Shown here: in pieces, positions 42,059 through 52,212 of the stretch | Position numbering within the stretch: the first letter of the stretch is position 1 | Layout of the letters: the number at the start of each line of letters is the position of its first letter | Source: Trichormus sp. ATA11-4-KO1 | Lineage (GTDB): Bacteria; Cyanobacteriota; Cyanobacteriia; Cyanobacteriales; Nostocaceae | Reading direction: 5' to 3' | Length of the DNA: 64,000 bases | NCBI GenBank assembly: GCA_019358915.1 | Contig: JAHHIM010000012.1 | Coordinates: forward strand, 1 to 64,000 | Notes under the pieces: generated by a model | Databases searched by the model: none | Told to the model about the DNA's origin: nothing | Seen by the model: only the letters and a program-made list of their open reading frames with translations | Translations under genes and position numbers: made by a program

Positions 42059-43099
42059 TTAAATTATCCCCAATTTGGCTAAACGTTCAATAGTTATTTG
42101 TTGTGTTTGCGTGAAGTGTTGACGGTTTACTTCTTTGTCCAGCATAGTATTTGCTGGGTAAAACTGTGACTGGTTGTAACTTTGAGCGTATAGTTCAAAG
42201 CGCTGGCGTGAAAGTAAATTATTTAACCCTGGACGGCGGCGATCGCGGCGTAAAGCAGCTAGGTCAATCTCGGCAAATGCTGCCATGCTTTCGCCTGTAC
42301 TGGTTTGGGCTAGGACTATTCCGCGATGGTCAATGATTTTAGAACCACCATCGGCTGAAGCGTTGGGGATGGGATTATTAACGATACCTGCTGTATTCGC
42401 TGAAACTACGTAAGCCATATTTTCGACAGCGCGGGTAATTTTGGCTGCATCCTTCGGTGTGAGGTTCTTACCATACACTTCTGATGTGGAGTGTAAAAAA
42501 ATTTCGGCTCCCCGCATTGCCAGACACCGCGCCACCTCTGGATATAAAATTTCTTCTGATGCCAAAGTAGCCAAGTTACCAATTGCTGTCTTAGCTACGG
42601 GAAAAACGCCTTCTAAACCATAGCAATCGAGATACTTATCCCAAACATCATGAGGTGTAGGGGCAAACATAGAATTTAGCCGCCGATACCTTAAGACAAT
42701 AGCTCCAGCAGGATCAATCACAAAGCAGCTTTGAAAGTACAACCCTGGAAAGTTGGGGTCGAGTTCGTAGGCGTTACCAGCTAAAAATATTTGATGTTTT
42801 TGGGCAATTTTACCAAGTGCTTCATACTCAGCACCATCCATTTCTAGACAAGCTCTTTCTCCCCAAACAGCCAAGGATTCTCCCATAGGGAAACCTGTCA
42901 GAAAATATTCTGGTAAAACAATTAAGCGACAGTCAAAGCCAATAAAAGCAATACTAGCTGCAATTTGTTGCGCCAAGCGATTGATAGAGTTTTGCATCAA
43001 CAACCGGGCTGCTTGGCGATCGCTTGCTTGATTGACGGCATGGCAAGTAACTTGCAGTGCCAAAGCTCGAAATGAATCTATATTATCAGTGTTTGCCAT
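42059..43099 (-). CDS. Nitrilase-related carbon-nitrogen hydrolase with an atypical active site
   Basis: VLPEY, YRRLN, ASEEILYPE, RAVEN and GGSKIID..G motifs. Confidence 0.85.
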   Translation of the reverse strand: MANTDNIDSFRALALQVTCHAVNQASDRQAARLLMQNSINRLAQQIAASIAFIGFDCRLIVLPEYFLTGFPMGESLAVWGERACLEMDGAEYEALGKIAQKHQIFLAGNAYELDPNFPGLYFQSCFVIDPAGAIVLRYRRLNSMFAPTPHDVWDKYLDCYGLEGVFPVAKTAIGNLATLASEEILYPEVARCLAMRGAEIFLHSTSEVYGKNLTPKDAAKITRAVENMAYVVSANTAGIVNNPIPNASADGGSKIIDHRGIVLAQTSTGESMAAFAEIDLAALRRDRRRPGLNNLLSRQRFELYAQSYNQSQFYPANTMLDKEVNRQHFTQTQQITIERLAKLGII

Positions 43100-43159
43100 G
43101 CTGGGGAAATGGGGAGTGTACTTCGACTGCGCTCAGTAACCGGGGAATGGGGAGTGTCA

Positions 43160-43924
43160 TTAATGAATAATTCGATCACCACCCCAAAGCGATCGCACTA
43201 GTTTATCTGTCATCTCTTGACCAAACAACCGCACAGCTATTTTATTATCTGGATCACGTTCTGCGATCGCTCGACGGACAATGAAGTCACGCTCAGATAA
43301 AGCAGCACGCTCTGATTCTGCTACTGATTCAGCTTCATCTACCCAAGTCAACCACCGATCCATCATCTCATGAGCCACGTTTCTCAGTATACTTAGTGTC
43401 TCTTCCATGACTGGGCTGGTGAAACACAAACTCGTATGAGATTGGGCTTGACGAATGTAGAGAGTTTTGCTGTGATACTGCTGGAAACGTTCATCTGCAA
43501 GTAAATTCAGATATGTTTGATTCATTGGCTCGTAGTAGCGATCTAAATATTCTAGGTCAATGAATAGATCAGTACGAGGAATATAATCCATGTAAAAGAA
43601 TAGGTGTGGTACTGTAGCAAATGCATAAGCCAGATGCGGCACACGGATATGCGGTTTTAGCCAATTAGTCAGGTGCATATTACAAAAACCTGAATTAGGT
43701 TCCCGCAACCATGAATGTACTAGCCAATCCAATTCGGAACCCGAAAAAGCAGTGAGTGAACCTTGTGCATCTCCCGTCTGGGCAAAATAGCTTTGTAAGT
43801 CTTGGGTAGACGGATCTGGCTGTACCTGAAAACGATTGTCTAGTTTTTGGCGGAGTTCTTTGGTAATCCCCCATAACTGCTCAAATACGGCTGAACTGTC
43901 TAGTTGGAGTTGCTGTTCTGGCAT
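43160..43924 (-). CDS. Red chlorophyll catabolite reductase-like protein (ferredoxin-dependent bilin reductase superfamily)
   Basis: G..LDWLVHSWL, FCNMHL, VPHL.., MDYIPRTDL..D.EYLDRYY and ERDP...A.RLFG patterns recalled from the RCCR family; likely start ATG 43924. Confidence 0.75.
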   Translation of the reverse strand: MPEQQLQLDSSAVFEQLWGITKELRQKLDNRFQVQPDPSTQDLQSYFAQTGDAQGSLTAFSGSELDWLVHSWLREPNSGFCNMHLTNWLKPHIRVPHLAYAFATVPHLFFYMDYIPRTDLFIDLEYLDRYYEPMNQTYLNLLADERFQQYHSKTLYIRQAQSHTSLCFTSPVMEETLSILRNVAHEMMDRWLTWVDEAESVAESERAALSERDFIVRRAIAERDPDNKIAVRLFGQEMTDKLVRSLWGGDRIIH

Positions 43925-44030
43925 GTTTGCACCTAATCTTGATTGGGTCACGAATGCCACCCAAATTAATCTAAACTCCAAATTTAATCATCTAACTTCT
44001 GTTAGAATTCACCAACTCTCGCCAGCATTT

Positions 44031-44118
44031 TTTGGAGTGCTGAGTGCTGAGTATAAACCCAGTTGCTTCATTGCTCTCTTGCATCAATACTGTCCTAACC
44101 TATGTGACTACGGCTATA
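44031..44118 (-). repeat. Dispersed repeat/MITE (TATAGCCGTAGTCACATAGG... with STRR tail)
   Basis: Its reverse complement matches the interrupted copy at 55952-56206. Confidence 0.7.
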
Positions 44119-44261
44119 AATGAAATTTTGTTTCGGACTAAGTGAAATGTCCCCAAAGTCCCATAGTCTCTAATGTGAACCAATCAGGATAAATCCTTCA
44201 AAATGGGCGTGATCTGTATGAGTAGGGAAAAATTGTTTCACGTTTGAAGTAGCAAAAATAT

Positions 44262-45341
44262 ATGGGAAAACATCAGCGTATTGGCATTCTTACTAGTGGA
44301 GGAGATTGCTCTGGTTTAAATGCGGTCATCAGGTCTGTTGTCCATTGTGCTTGTGGCAAAGGTTGGGAAGTACTAGGAATTCGTCAAGCAACTCTGGGAT
44401 TAATGGCACGTCCACCGCAATTCACAAAACTGGAAATCGACTTAGTTGACCCGTTGTTAACTTCTGGGGGAACAATGTTAGGAACCACCAACAAAGGTGA
44501 TCCTTTTGCTTTTCCTATGCCTGATGGTAGTGTATGCGATCGCTCCCAAGAAATTATTGCAGGCTATCATCAACTCAATTTAGATGCTTTGATTGGCATT
44601 GGTGGCGATGGTAGTTTGGCTATTCTCCGTCGCCTAGCCCAACAAGGCGGGATTAATTTAGTAGGGATTCCCAAAACGATTGATAATGATATTGGCATTA
44701 CTGAACATGCTATCGGTTTTGATACGGCAGTTAATATTGCCACAGAAGCACTTGATCGCTTACACTTCACGGCTGCTTCTCACAGTCGAGTCATGATTTT
44801 AGAAGTGATGGGTCGTGATGCTGGACATATTGCCATTGCTGCGGGAATTGCTGGGGGAGCAGATGTGATTTTAATCCCAGAAATTCTCTACACAATTGAA
44901 GACATTTGCTACAAAATCAAACAACGCCAAGAAAAAGGCAAAAACTATTGTCTAGTTATTGTTTCCGAGGCTGTTCGTACCCAAGAAGGTGAAACTGTCA
45001 CCATGACAAATCGTTTGGGTCAATCTCGATATGGTGGTATTGGTGAATACTTAGCCGACCAAATTAGCGATCGCATTGGTGCAGAAACGCGAGTCACTGT
45101 TTTAGGACACATCCAACGCGGTGGAACTGCTTCACCACTAGATAGATTAGTAGCAGCAGCCTTTGGTGTAGCAGCAGTAAATCTCATCGCTGAAGGTAAA
45201 TATGACTACATGGTTTCCTGGCAAAATCGTCAGGTGCTCACAGTACCCATTGCTGAGGCGATCGCTCAATATAGAACTGTTAATCCAGAGGATACTTTAG
45301 TAAAAACTGCTCGTGGTTTGGGTATTTATTTGGGTGATTGA
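44262..45341 (+). CDS. pfkA: ATP-dependent 6-phosphofructokinase
   Basis: ILTSGGD, GGDGS, PKTIDND, EVMGR and LGHIQRGG motifs. Confidence 0.95.
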   Translation: MGKHQRIGILTSGGDCSGLNAVIRSVVHCACGKGWEVLGIRQATLGLMARPPQFTKLEIDLVDPLLTSGGTMLGTTNKGDPFAFPMPDGSVCDRSQEIIAGYHQLNLDALIGIGGDGSLAILRRLAQQGGINLVGIPKTIDNDIGITEHAIGFDTAVNIATEALDRLHFTAASHSRVMILEVMGRDAGHIAIAAGIAGGADVILIPEILYTIEDICYKIKQRQEKGKNYCLVIVSEAVRTQEGETVTMTNRLGQSRYGGIGEYLADQISDRIGAETRVTVLGHIQRGGTASPLDRLVAAAFGVAAVNLIAEGKYDYMVSWQNRQVLTVPIAEAIAQYRTVNPEDTLVKTARGLGIYLGD

Positions 45342-45486
45342 CATTTGTCAAAACCTGGTACTGAAAGTTCAGGATAAATTTCTAGCTATAAAACCATCCA
45401 TGAGCCTCACAGGAACAAAACTACCATTCACGATGGCGTTAACGTCTACCGATAAAAAGATTAATGATAACTAGCTAGCTAGGGTA

Positions 45487-45559
45487 TGGAGCTAAGCGGA
45501 TTCGAACCGCTGACCCCCTCAATGCCATTGAGATGCGCTACCAACTGCGCTATAGCCCC
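45487..45559 (-). tRNA. trnA: tRNA-Ala (GGC)
   Basis: GGGGCTATAGCGCAGTTGGTAGCGCATCTCAATGGCATTGAGGGGGTCAGCGGTTCGAATCCGCTTAGCTCCA folds into a cloverleaf with a G3-U70 pair and GGC anticodon. Confidence 0.97.
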
Positions 45560-45651
45560 TTGTAATTCGTTCTTAATAATCCCTGAATCTTAGTTTTTTG
45601 TCAAGCCTGACTGATGAAATGTCAAGTATCTCCTCCACCATTCGGTATTTT

Positions 45652-45843
45652 CTAGGACACTTGTAACAAATAGCTCATACAGTGTCCCATGAGGAAGTAA
45701 ACTACCAACATGGCAGCAGCCGCAAGGGCAACTAATGTTCCAGCCAGCATTAAAGAAAATTCTTTATGCTCAACGGCTTTCTCCATTAGGTGGAGCGACC
45801 ACGCTACCAGCGCTACATCAAATAGTAAAATAGGAATCAACAT
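45652..45843 (-). CDS. Small two-TM hypothetical protein
   Basis: 63-aa ORF with two hydrophobic helices, downstream of hisF. Confidence 0.65.
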   Translation of the reverse strand: MLIPILLFDVALVAWSLHLMEKAVEHKEFSLMLAGTLVALAAAAMLVVYFLMGHCMSYLLQVS

Positions 45844-45954
45844 ATTTCTTAATATTTATTCATACTTATAAAGTAATCTTAACACCCTTTTAGAGAACTG
45901 TATCTAACTTGAGATAGATGTGGTTAGATTTTGATAATGTATTTTAGTTCAAGA

Positions 45955-46722
45955 TTACAAGCGTACTGGTACTGAATGACCGTGCAAATAGTTTTTAATT
46001 TCTGCCACGCTTAATTGCCCGTAATGCAGTAGTGATGCTAGTAACGCCGCTTCGGCTTTGCCCTCAGTTAGTGCCGTGTAGATATGTTCACAGTTGCCTG
46101 CACCACCAGAAGCAATCACTGGAACTTGTACAGATTCGGCGATCGCTCTTGTCAATCCTAAGTCGTAGCCGGCTTGAGTACCGTCAGCATCCATACTCGT
46201 GACTAGGAGTTCTCCAGCTCCTCGTCTTTCGGCTTCTTGTGCCCAACGTAAAGCATCTAAGCCGGTGTTTTCCCTACCACCTCGCACGTACACATCCCAG
46301 CCTGGGTTATCAGAATCAACTCTGCGTCTAGCATCAATAGCAACGACTATGCACTGATTACCAAAGCGATCGCTTGCCCGATTAATCAAGTCTGGTTCAC
46401 GTACTGCCGCAGAATTAATACTAACCTTGTCTGCACCTGCTCGTAACAAAGCTTTAACATTTTCTAAGGATTGAATCCCACCACCCACAGTCAAGGGAAT
46501 AAAGACCTGTTCAGCCGTGCGGTACACCACATCAATAATTGTATCTCGGTCTTCATGAGTGGCTGTAATATCCAGAAATACTAACTCATCAGCACCAGCT
46601 TCGTTGTAAACCTTTGCCAGTTCTACCGGATCGCCTGCATCCTTAAGGTCTACAAAGTTAACTCCTTTGACAACACGTCCCGCCTTCACATCTAAGCACG
46701 GTAAGATTCTTTTAGATAACAT
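45955..46722 (-). CDS. hisF: Imidazole glycerol phosphate synthase subunit HisF
   Basis: [27 protein letters not shown] and TSMDADGT motifs. Confidence 0.97.
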   Translation of the reverse strand: MLSKRILPCLDVKAGRVVKGVNFVDLKDAGDPVELAKVYNEAGADELVFLDITATHEDRDTIIDVVYRTAEQVFIPLTVGGGIQSLENVKALLRAGADKVSINSAAVREPDLINRASDRFGNQCIVVAIDARRRVDSDNPGWDVYVRGGRENTGLDALRWAQEAERRGAGELLVTSMDADGTQAGYDLGLTRAIAESVQVPVIASGGAGNCEHIYTALTEGKAEAALLASLLHYGQLSVAEIKNYLHGHSVPVRL

Positions 46723-46876
46723 AATAACTTTTTCACTCCTGGGTAATCGTCCGGAATTTAAATTCTAAATTGGCGCGCGCAGTTCCAACAGAAAATTTTT
46801 GCCCCGTGTTTACTCGCAGCCATTACAGCGTAGATGGCGCACAAACAGTCCTCAAGTCAAAGTTGATAGCTGAATT

Positions 46877-47977
46877 ATGGCGATAATCTCCTCGAAAAAA
46901 CAGCCTCAAGAACCCAACGGACAACCACAGCAGCGTCTGGAGTCAGCGCCAGCACCTGCCAATGAGAACATTTTGCAACCGGAAGCTGCTGCTGACGAAC
47001 AAGGTAAACAAGAAGAGAGTATCAGACCACAGCGATTTGCCGATTACATTGGGCAAAAAGACTTAAAGGATGTGCTAGACATTGCCATCAAAGCAGCTAA
47101 GTCACGCGGTGAGGTGTTGGATCACTTGCTGCTATATGGGCCTCCGGGATTGGGTAAAACAACAATGGCAATGATTTTAGCATCGGAGATGGGAGTAAAC
47201 TACAAAATTACCAGTGCGCCAGCGCTAGAACGTCCCAGGGATATTGTAGGGCTACTAGTAAACCTTAAACCCGGAGATATTTTATTTGTAGATGAAATTC
47301 ACCGTCTTTCGCGGATGACCGAAGAAATTCTCTATCCGGCTATGGAAGATTATCGTTTAGATATTACTATCGGCAAAGGTTCCAGCGCCCGGATTCGGAG
47401 TTTACCATTATCTAAATTTACTCTAGTAGGAGCCACAACCCGTGTGGGTGCGCTAACATCACCATTACGCGATCGCTTCGGGTTAGTGCAAAAATTGCGC
47501 TTTTACGAAGTAGACGAACTTAGCAAAATTGTCTTACGCAGTGCCGAATTTCTCAAAACCCCCATTGCCGAAGATGGTGCCACAGAAATTGCTAGACGAT
47601 CGCGTGGCACACCAAGAATTGCTAATAGATTACTCAAGCGTGTCCGTGATTATGCGGAAGTAAAATCATCAGGTGAAATTACCGAAAGCGTTGCCGCCGA
47701 AGCATTGCAACTATTTCAAGTAGATCCCTGTGGTTTAGATTGGACAGACCGCCGAATGCTGAGTGTGATTATTGAACAATTTAACGGCGGGCCAGTGGGA
47801 TTAGAAACAATTGCCGCCGCTACAGGTGAAGACACCCAAACAATCGAAGAAGTGTATGAACCTTACCTGATGCAAATTGGCTATTTAAGCCGCACTCCCC
47901 GTGGTAGAACAGCCACAACCGCAGCCTATAAACATTTGGGATTTAAACCGCCTAATGAACAGTTGTCGTTGTTGTAA
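46877..47977 (+). CDS. ruvB: Holliday junction branch migration helicase RuvB
   Basis: [28 protein letters not shown] and RTPRGR motifs. Confidence 0.97.
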   Translation: MAIISSKKQPQEPNGQPQQRLESAPAPANENILQPEAAADEQGKQEESIRPQRFADYIGQKDLKDVLDIAIKAAKSRGEVLDHLLLYGPPGLGKTTMAMILASEMGVNYKITSAPALERPRDIVGLLVNLKPGDILFVDEIHRLSRMTEEILYPAMEDYRLDITIGKGSSARIRSLPLSKFTLVGATTRVGALTSPLRDRFGLVQKLRFYEVDELSKIVLRSAEFLKTPIAEDGATEIARRSRGTPRIANRLLKRVRDYAEVKSSGEITESVAAEALQLFQVDPCGLDWTDRRMLSVIIEQFNGGPVGLETIAAATGEDTQTIEEVYEPYLMQIGYLSRTPRGRTATTAAYKHLGFKPPNEQLSLL

Positions 47978-47979
47978 TT

Positions 47980-48309
47980 AACGTGAGTTCGACAACTATC
48001 AAAAACCCCTCTCCAAACCTCTCCCCTGCCAGGAGAGCTACCGTGTACACACAAGTGTAAACCGCAAGGGTTTCAACTCTTTTAGCCCCATAAATACCCT
48101 AATTTTGGGCAACTGGAAACTCCATTTATCCCGCTAATTTTGGCGCTAGGGCAACGAAACCAAGTTTCAGGTGGGATTTTAAGACTTGTGTGTACACCGT
48201 AGGCCAGGAGAGAGGCTTTGAAACCTTGATTTTTAGTTCAAAACTAGGGAGATTTTTGCCCCTCTCCGTGTCGGAGAGGGGTTGGGGTGAGGTTCATCGA
48301 ATTCACGTT
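47980..48309. mobile_element. MITE with AACGTGA.TTCGA TIR; host of a nested element
   Basis: AACGTGAGTTCGA...TCGAATTCACGTT flanked by AATT. Confidence 0.7.
48038..48202. mobile_element. 165-bp MITE with 19-bp TIR and 10-bp TSD (IS4-type, possibly Nezha-like)
   Basis: CTACCGTGTACACACAAGT...ACTTGTGTGTACACCGTAG; TSD GCCAGGAGAG at 48028-48037 and 48203-48212. Confidence 0.88.
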
Positions 48310-48441
48310 AATTAGGGGAAGATGGAAGGACAAGGGGAAAAAGGGACAAGAGGACAAGGAGAGATTACTAATATTAAGTTCTTCCCCCCATCCCCCTATC
48401 CCCCTACTCCCTACTGCCAATTTTCTTAAGGTAAATTTTAG

Positions 48442-49248
48442 ATGATGAAGTTAATTAGTATTGTTCTCACTCTGTTGCTTGTGTTTGGTTGGAGTACACC
48501 AGTTATGGCAGTATCCCAACCACCAAGTATTACTCAAGAACAGTTACAACAAGGCGATGAGTTAGCAAATAAAGCTTTTGCAGCTACGAATAAAGGTGAT
48601 TTTGCTACAGCTGAAACTTACTGGACACAGATTATTGAACAGTTTCCCACGAATGCGGGAGCATGGAGTAATCGGGGCAATTCGCGGGTGAGTCAGAATA
48701 AATTACAAGCAGCCCTAAAAGATTACAACAAAGCCATTGAACTAGTCCCTAATGCCACAGATCCTTATTTAAATCGCGGTACAGCGTTGGAAGGATTGGG
48801 CAAATGGGAAGAGGCGATCGCCGATTATAATCATGTCCTGGAACTTGATCCGAATGATGCGATGGCGTACAACAATCGCGGGAATGCCAAATCAGGATTA
48901 GGGAAATGGGAAGAGGCGATCGCCGATTATCAAAAATCAGTGGAAATTGCCCCGAATTTTGCCTTTGCCCGTGCCAACTACGCCCTCGCCCTTTATGAAA
49001 CTGGTAAAACCGACCAAGCTATCCGCGAGATGAAGAATATTGTCCGCAAATATCCTCAATTTGCTGATATGCGTGCCGCCCTCACAGCCGCTTACTGGGT
49101 AAGTGGAAACAAAGGCGAAGCAGAGAGTAACTGGGTAGCAGCTTATGGACTAGATAACCGCTACAAAGATATGAACTGGGTAAAAAATATCCGCCGTTGG
49201 CCTCCCAGTATGGTGACAGCTTTAGATAAGTTCTTAAAAATTCAGTAG
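48442..49248 (+). CDS. Exported tetratricopeptide repeat protein
   Basis: Signal peptide followed by repeated A..NRG......G..EEAIADY TPR motifs. Confidence 0.88.
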   Translation: MMKLISIVLTLLLVFGWSTPVMAVSQPPSITQEQLQQGDELANKAFAATNKGDFATAETYWTQIIEQFPTNAGAWSNRGNSRVSQNKLQAALKDYNKAIELVPNATDPYLNRGTALEGLGKWEEAIADYNHVLELDPNDAMAYNNRGNAKSGLGKWEEAIADYQKSVEIAPNFAFARANYALALYETGKTDQAIREMKNIVRKYPQFADMRAALTAAYWVSGNKGEAESNWVAAYGLDNRYKDMNWVKNIRRWPPSMVTALDKFLKIQ

Positions 49249-49332
49249 AGACGCGAGTTTTAGACATCTCCGCAAAAGCATGTAGAGACTTTGTATGCAA
49301 AGTCTCTACAAAAGATTATGGAAGATGCATAT

Positions 49333-50034
49333 TTAATTTCTGGAGATGTCTTTTGTATTCTGGATATGCAACCGGGTGTAGTTCTTTACTTCTCCAGGTA
49401 TATTAATCGTTGACGGTACACGAGCATCAGCGATCGCTTCCCCCGCCACTAATTTTAATGGCACAACACCCGCCCACACTGGCAAGGTATAGTCTGCTTC
49501 ATCATCTAAGGGTGGGCCTGTCCGCACTTTAGCTGATGCTTCTGTTAAAGGTAGGGAAAGCACCAAAGTTCCTTGTAACTCCTGGCGATTAGGCGGGCGT
49601 ACTTCTGCCCATCTTTTTGGTACTACATGCTCAGTAAATGCTCGGAGGGCTTCTAGCTTTTGTTCTGCATCTTTTACTATGGTTGCTGTTCCAAATATCA
49701 CTACTGAACGGTAGTTCATCGAATGATGGAACGCAGACCGCGCCAATACTAACCCATCTAGGAGAGTTACAGTCAAGCAAACTTCAATCCCAGTTTGTAG
49801 ACTTCGCAACATCCGACTGGCTGGTGAACCATGAATATATAAACTGTCTTCCACACGACCATAAGCAGTAGGAATTACATAAGGTTGGCTATCTACAGCA
49901 AATCCCACATGACAGATTAAACCTTCATCTAAAATCTGATAAATCACTTCACGTTCATAATTTCCCCTTTGAGGTACGCGCTTAATTTGACTGCGTTGTG
50001 TTGGGGTTAACTGTTCCTGATTAATTTCATTCAT
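49333..50034 (-). CDS. Pyridoxamine 5'-phosphate oxidase-family (NimA-like) flavin-binding protein
   Basis: ICHVGF, LYIHGS.ASR and LARSAFHHSMNYRSV motifs. Confidence 0.88.
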   Translation of the reverse strand: MNEINQEQLTPTQRSQIKRVPQRGNYEREVIYQILDEGLICHVGFAVDSQPYVIPTAYGRVEDSLYIHGSPASRMLRSLQTGIEVCLTVTLLDGLVLARSAFHHSMNYRSVVIFGTATIVKDAEQKLEALRAFTEHVVPKRWAEVRPPNRQELQGTLVLSLPLTEASAKVRTGPPLDDEADYTLPVWAGVVPLKLVAGEAIADARVPSTINIPGEVKNYTRLHIQNTKDISRN

Positions 50035-50641
50035 GATTGTATTTCCAATAAATCCAGTTGCATGGCGTTACTCTCAGAAAAACCCAAGCTGGAGTAAACT
50101 GGTTTACCTGATGGCGAAGCATTCAGAACGACTCGCGTGCAACCGATCGCTTTCAAATGAGCGATCGCACTATGAGTTAATTTCTTAGCAATGCCTTGTC
50201 TGCGGTAAGCTGGTTCTACATAAACGCCCCAGATATACCCGTATTTTCGATACTCGGCTGTGAATACATTCGGGTATAAACCGGAAAATAATTGACAACT
50301 TACAGAACCCACGATGACATTGTCTATCTCTGCGACAAAAGCTTGGTAAAACAATTCTTGACGAGCTTGTTCGGTAAACTGGAGGGTAATATCTAGCCAG
50401 TTGGGGTTAATTGCTTCATCAGGAACGCCAATATCTTGCCACAGTTGATAAAAGTGCTGTGCAATCAATGCGTCTTCTTGGGGAATTGCTTCTCTAATAG
50501 TGATTTGTCGGCGTTGCTGATTGAAAATATGAATTTATCTCGCGCAAAGGCGCAAAGGCGCAAAGGTACAAAGAAAAATCAGGGTGATTTTAGCATTTCA
50601 TATTCTGATTCAGCAACGCCGATTTGTCGTTCTGTCAGCAT
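50031..50641 (-). pseudogene. GNAT acetyltransferase interrupted by a MITE after codon 7
   Basis: VYVEPAYRRQGIAKKL acetyl-CoA motif; removing the MITE and one TSD restores MLTERQITIREAIPQEDALIAQHF. Confidence 0.85.
50510..50620 (-). mobile_element. 111-bp GGCGTTGCTGA-TIR MITE with 8-bp TSD
   Basis: TSD GATTTGTC at 50502-50509 and 50621-50628; identical to 5038-5148. Confidence 0.93.
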
Positions 50642-50683
50642 CGTTAGAGACGTTTATTTGAACCACTGTTAGCGTAATTTCCC

Positions 50684-50732
50684 AAGTGGTATTAGACAAT
50701 AGCCACTTTTGTGATTTAATAGCAGTCCACTT
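50684..50732. promoter_or_regulatory. Putative MocR-family operator
   Basis: AAGTGG (50684) with inverted CCACTT (50703) and a direct CCACTT (50727), between divergent genes; this is the usual MocR three-box layout. Confidence 0.55.
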
Positions 50733-50745
50733 TCATTGCTGGATT

Positions 50746-52212
50746 ATGGATTTAGCGATCGCCCTTGATAGTAATTCCCCTCTACCTCTGCATCAGCAGC
50801 TATATCAAGAACTGCGTCAAGCCATTTTCAATGGGCGATTGTCGCCTGGAGTGCGGATTCCTTCCACGCGATCACTAGCCAAATCTTTGAGTATTTCTCG
50901 CACTACTGTCACCCAAAGCTATGAACAACTCTTGAGTGAGGGTTATTTAACAACTGTTTTGGGTTCCGGGACGTTTGTCTGCGCTCAACTTCCTGATGAC
51001 TTGCTGCATTCTACACCGATAGCATCGAGCCAAATAATTACTCGTCCGCCAGTTAAATTAAATCGATATGGTCAGGTTTTGTCCAAGACAGAGGATTTAC
51101 CGAGAATTCCCGCACCTAATACCCCAATTAACTTTCGCTACGGACAACCAGCTATAGACCAATTTCCTTTGAAGTTGTGGCGCAGATTACTATCACGTTA
51201 CTTTTACAAAGATTTGAGTTGGCTGGATTATTCCACACAACCCTTGGGTTATCAACCTTTGCGGGAGGCGATCGCTCGTTATCTATCCAGTTCCCGTGCT
51301 GTTAAGTGTGAGGCGGATCAAGTACTGATTGTCAATGGTACTCAGCAAGCACTTGATTTAATTGTCCGATTGTTAATTGAGCCTGGGGATATCATTGCAA
51401 TGGAAGACCCTGGTTATATGAGCGCACGTTTAATATTTCAGACTCAAGGCGCTGAACTCTTACCCATTACCGTTGATGAATCAGGTTTGATGGTGAAAGA
51501 ACTGGTAAACTCTACCAAAAAACCCATTTTGCTTGTCTATGTAACACCTTCCCACCAATTCCCCACAGGAGCAATTTTATCTTTACCTCGCCGTTTAGAA
51601 CTACTAGCTTGGGCGCAGCAAACCGGAGGATTGATTATTGAAGATGACTATGATAGTGAATATCGCTATGGTGACAGACCAATTCCGGCTCTACAAGGCT
51701 TGGATCGCAGTGATTCAGTGCTGTATATTGGGACTTTTTCCAAAGTGCTGTTTCCCGGATTACGGATTGGTTATTTAGTATTACCTAAGAATTTAGTTGC
51801 TTTATTTGCCCGTGCTAAATGGTTAAGCGATCGCCACCTGCCTATACTAGAACAGCAAGCACTTGCAGACTTCATCACCGAAGGACACTTAGAACGTCAT
51901 ATTAGAAAAATGCGATCGCTTTATGAACGGCGTTGTCAAGTCCTGGTTCAGGCGTTAAATGTTTACCTTGGAAAAAAAGCCACCATTTTAGGAGAAAAGG
52001 CGGGAATTCATTTAATGGTAAAATTGCACAGCCATCTCAGTGATGAAGAAATCATACAATATGCTACCCAAATGGGTGTGGGGATTATGTCTGCCAAACC
52101 ACAGTATCTGCAACCCCACAGCACAGGTGAGTTTATTTTCGGCTACGGCGAACTAACAGAACAGCAATTAGTGGAAGGTATTCGCAGATTAGCACCAATC
52201 TTCACCGCATGA
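50746..52212 (+). CDS. MocR/GabR-family PLP-dependent transcriptional regulator
   Basis: GntR wHTH (IPSTRSLA..L.ISRTTV) plus aminotransferase-like domain (TPSHQFPTG, IEDDYD, GTFSK). Confidence 0.92.
   Translation: MDLAIALDSNSPLPLHQQLYQELRQAIFNGRLSPGVRIPSTRSLAKSLSISRTTVTQSYEQLLSEGYLTTVLGSGTFVCAQLPDDLLHSTPIASSQIITRPPVKLNRYGQVLSKTEDLPRIPAPNTPINFRYGQPAIDQFPLKLWRRLLSRYFYKDLSWLDYSTQPLGYQPLREAIARYLSSSRAVKCEADQVLIVNGTQQALDLIVRLLIEPGDIIAMEDPGYMSARLIFQTQGAELLPITVDESGLMVKELVNSTKKPILLVYVTPSHQFPTGAILSLPRRLELLAWAQQTGGLIIEDDYDSEYRYGDRPIPALQGLDRSDSVLYIGTFSKVLFPGLRIGYLVLPKNLVALFARAKWLSDRHLPILEQQALADFITEGHLERHIRKMRSLYERRCQVLVQALNVYLGKKATILGEKAGIHLMVKLHSHLSDEEIIQYATQMGVGIMSAKPQYLQPHSTGEFIFGYGELTEQQLVEGIRRLAPIFTA

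Noticed and set aside
45360..45600. tRNA-Ala as an integration site
   Set aside because: No integrase or duplicated tRNA 3' end is visible in the window.
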